46,150 nt of DNA. It comes from Acidobacteriota bacterium. Its GTDB lineage: Bacteria > Acidobacteriota > Aminicenantia > Aminicenantales > Aminicenantaceae. Below, one piece after another: positions 44,795-46,150 of the stretch. Numbering within the stretch: the stretch's first letter is position 1; each line of letters opens with the position of its first letter. The notes below the pieces were generated by a model, which did no database searches, was not told where the DNA came from, and saw only the letters and a program-made list of their open reading frames with translations. The stretch lies in assembly GCA_018894615.1 (NCBI GenBank), contig JAHIPL010000132.1, positions 1 to 46,150 on the forward strand, written 5' to 3'. Made by a program: the position numbers and the translations under genes.

Positions 44795-45673
44795 TCATTT
44801 TCCGCTGCGTTCCGGCGGAATGGCAAAAATAGGGACCTGGCTGTGGGCGATGACTTTTTCCGTTGTGCTTCCCAGAAAAAACCGCTCTATTTTACTCTGG
44901 ACACAGGTGGAGATCACAATCAGATCATATTTGTTGCTCTGGGCGTAATCCGCAATTCCGAGAGAGGCGTTGATCGCCCTGGTTACATCTTCCTTGAGCA
45001 CGATGTCTTCATGCTCCTTTTTGCGCCGGGCTTTCAACTTATCCAACACGGCGTCCATCATTTTATCGAGAATCTTTGGCGGGAACTCGTAATCGTGAAG
45101 CTCGAGCACGTGAAGAAACATCAGGGCGGAATCGAAGCCCTTGGCCAGTTTCCAGGCATAGTCCCGTTCGATGTCCTCCTGCTCAGAGAAATCGGTGGGG
45201 ACGAGAATTTTTTTCATAGAAGGTTTGCGACGGCCTTTTTTTGTGAGTAGAAGGGGTACGGAGGTGTTCCTGACGACATGATTGGCAACGCTCCCGATAA
45301 AGAGTTTTTCGATGGCTGAAAGACCTTTGGATCCCATGACGATCAAGTCGGCTCCGATTTCCTCGGCCGTTTCTATGATCTTCTTGGAAGCATTTCCTTC
45401 GCTGAGGATGATATCAAAGACAATGCCCCTGGTTTTCTGTATGTCCTCCAGCTTTATCCGGGCCTCACTCTTGAATGCCGCCACCCGCTTGGAGAGTTCT
45501 CCCTGGATGACGGCCACCGTGTCGTAAAGGGCCGGGGAAAAATCAGGCGCGACATGGAGCGCGGATATTTTTGCTTTAAATGTGTCGGCGAATATCTTGG
45601 CATAGGACAGGGAATCCAGGGATTCGTCTGAAAAATCCGTGGCCCAAAGGATTTTATTGAGGAATTTTGCCAT
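44795..45673 (-). CDS. Tandem-domain universal stress protein
   Basis: Two repeats: ILWATDFS...IVMGSKG...IGSVANHV and ILVPTDFS...LGSTTEKV. Confidence 0.92.
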   Translation of the reverse strand: MAKFLNKILWATDFSDESLDSLSYAKIFADTFKAKISALHVAPDFSPALYDTVAVIQGELSKRVAAFKSEARIKLEDIQKTRGIVFDIILSEGNASKKIIETAEEIGADLIVMGSKGLSAIEKLFIGSVANHVVRNTSVPLLLTKKGRRKPSMKKILVPTDFSEQEDIERDYAWKLAKGFDSALMFLHVLELHDYEFPPKILDKMMDAVLDKLKARRKKEHEDIVLKEDVTRAINASLGIADYAQSNKYDLIVISTCVQSKIERFFLGSTTEKVIAHSQVPIFAIPPERSGK

Positions 45674-45706
45674 GGTTATCTCCTTGGTGATGTAAGGCTC
45701 CAGAGT

Positions 45707-45735
45707 ATTCTAGAAGAAAAAATTCCTTCGGGCAA
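45707..45735 (-). promoter_or_regulatory. Sigma70-type promoter for usp-dprA-topA
   Basis: Minus strand TTGCCC-17 bp-TAGAAT. Confidence 0.55.
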
Positions 45736-45857
45736 CATTTTCATGAGAGAAGACGCCCTTATGTTCCTGTTTTTCTCAAACGGACGGAGGAAATATGGAA
45801 AAAATCCGGATTGTTGAGGTGTGGAGTGGAAATCGGACGATATTTCGAAACGCCCGG

Positions 45858-45956
45858 TTAATAGCCGAGGAGAATGGATCCTCCGGCGACAAAAGTCCCG
45901 GCGATCGCCATCAGTAAAAAAATGCCGCAGAAACTGATGAGATTATATACGGTCAT
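45858..45956 (-). pseudogene. 32-codon hydrophobic ORF; possible internally deleted NupC/CNT nucleoside transporter remnant, or a small membrane protein
   Basis: Strong RBS AGGAGG; MTVYNLISFCGIFLLMAIA recalls a CNT N-terminus and GTFVAGGSILLGY a CNT C-terminus. Confidence 0.4.
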
Positions 45957-45967
45957 CTCTCTCCTCC

Positions 45968-46132
45968 TTAAACGCCTGTCCGTTTGGCTGAAGAGGCGGG
46001 GAGTCTCACTTCAATTCGCTTGTGACGGGAGGTTTCACCGCAGGTGATGCGAATCTGAGAAACCGGGATGCCGAAGTGATCGGCAAGCATATGAATGACT
46101 TCCCTGTTGTCATCAGGGCGAGTTCCTTCAGT
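45968..46132 (-). pseudogene. C-terminal fragment of a DUF167/YggU (UPF0235) protein
   Basis: NREVIHMLADHFGIPVSQIRITCGETSRHKRIEV matches the family C-terminus; in-frame TGA (46133-46135) and TAA TAA lie immediately upstream. Confidence 0.55.
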
Positions 46133-46150
46133 TCATGATGCTGTTTATTA

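Overview
Bacterial chromosomal window made mostly of housekeeping genes, with no transposase, prophage or CRISPR array seen. The organism is probably an anaerobe; an Acidobacteriota/Aminicenantes-like origin is my guess from gene order and the short PheT. Order: secreted DUF6599-like gene; minus-strand run apgM-amiC-DUF362-polyferredoxin-htpG; plus-strand run guaA-dnaE-pseudo-receiver-coaX-hypothetical-truncated SelB-proline racemase family; minus-strand operon arcE(arginine synthetase-like)-arcC-degenerate OTC-747 aa unknown; tRNA-Val(GAC)-thrS-infC-rpmI-rplT-pheST-zapB-like-zapA-rny-ymdB-xseAB-ispA-dxs-tlyA-nadK-trxAB; minus-strand usp-dprA-topA-xerC-comEA; two gene remnants at the right edge. 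The most unusual part is 13-23 kb. It holds an arginine-synthetase-type catabolic operon whose ornithine carbamoyltransferase is full length but has lost essentially every catalytic motif and is coupled to a large unknown protein. It also holds a SelB lacking the GTPase half but keeping the SECIS-binding winged helices. A complete sigma54 + IHF + palindromic enhancer layout lies upstream of comEA. All family calls come from motif recognition by eye; no database search was run.
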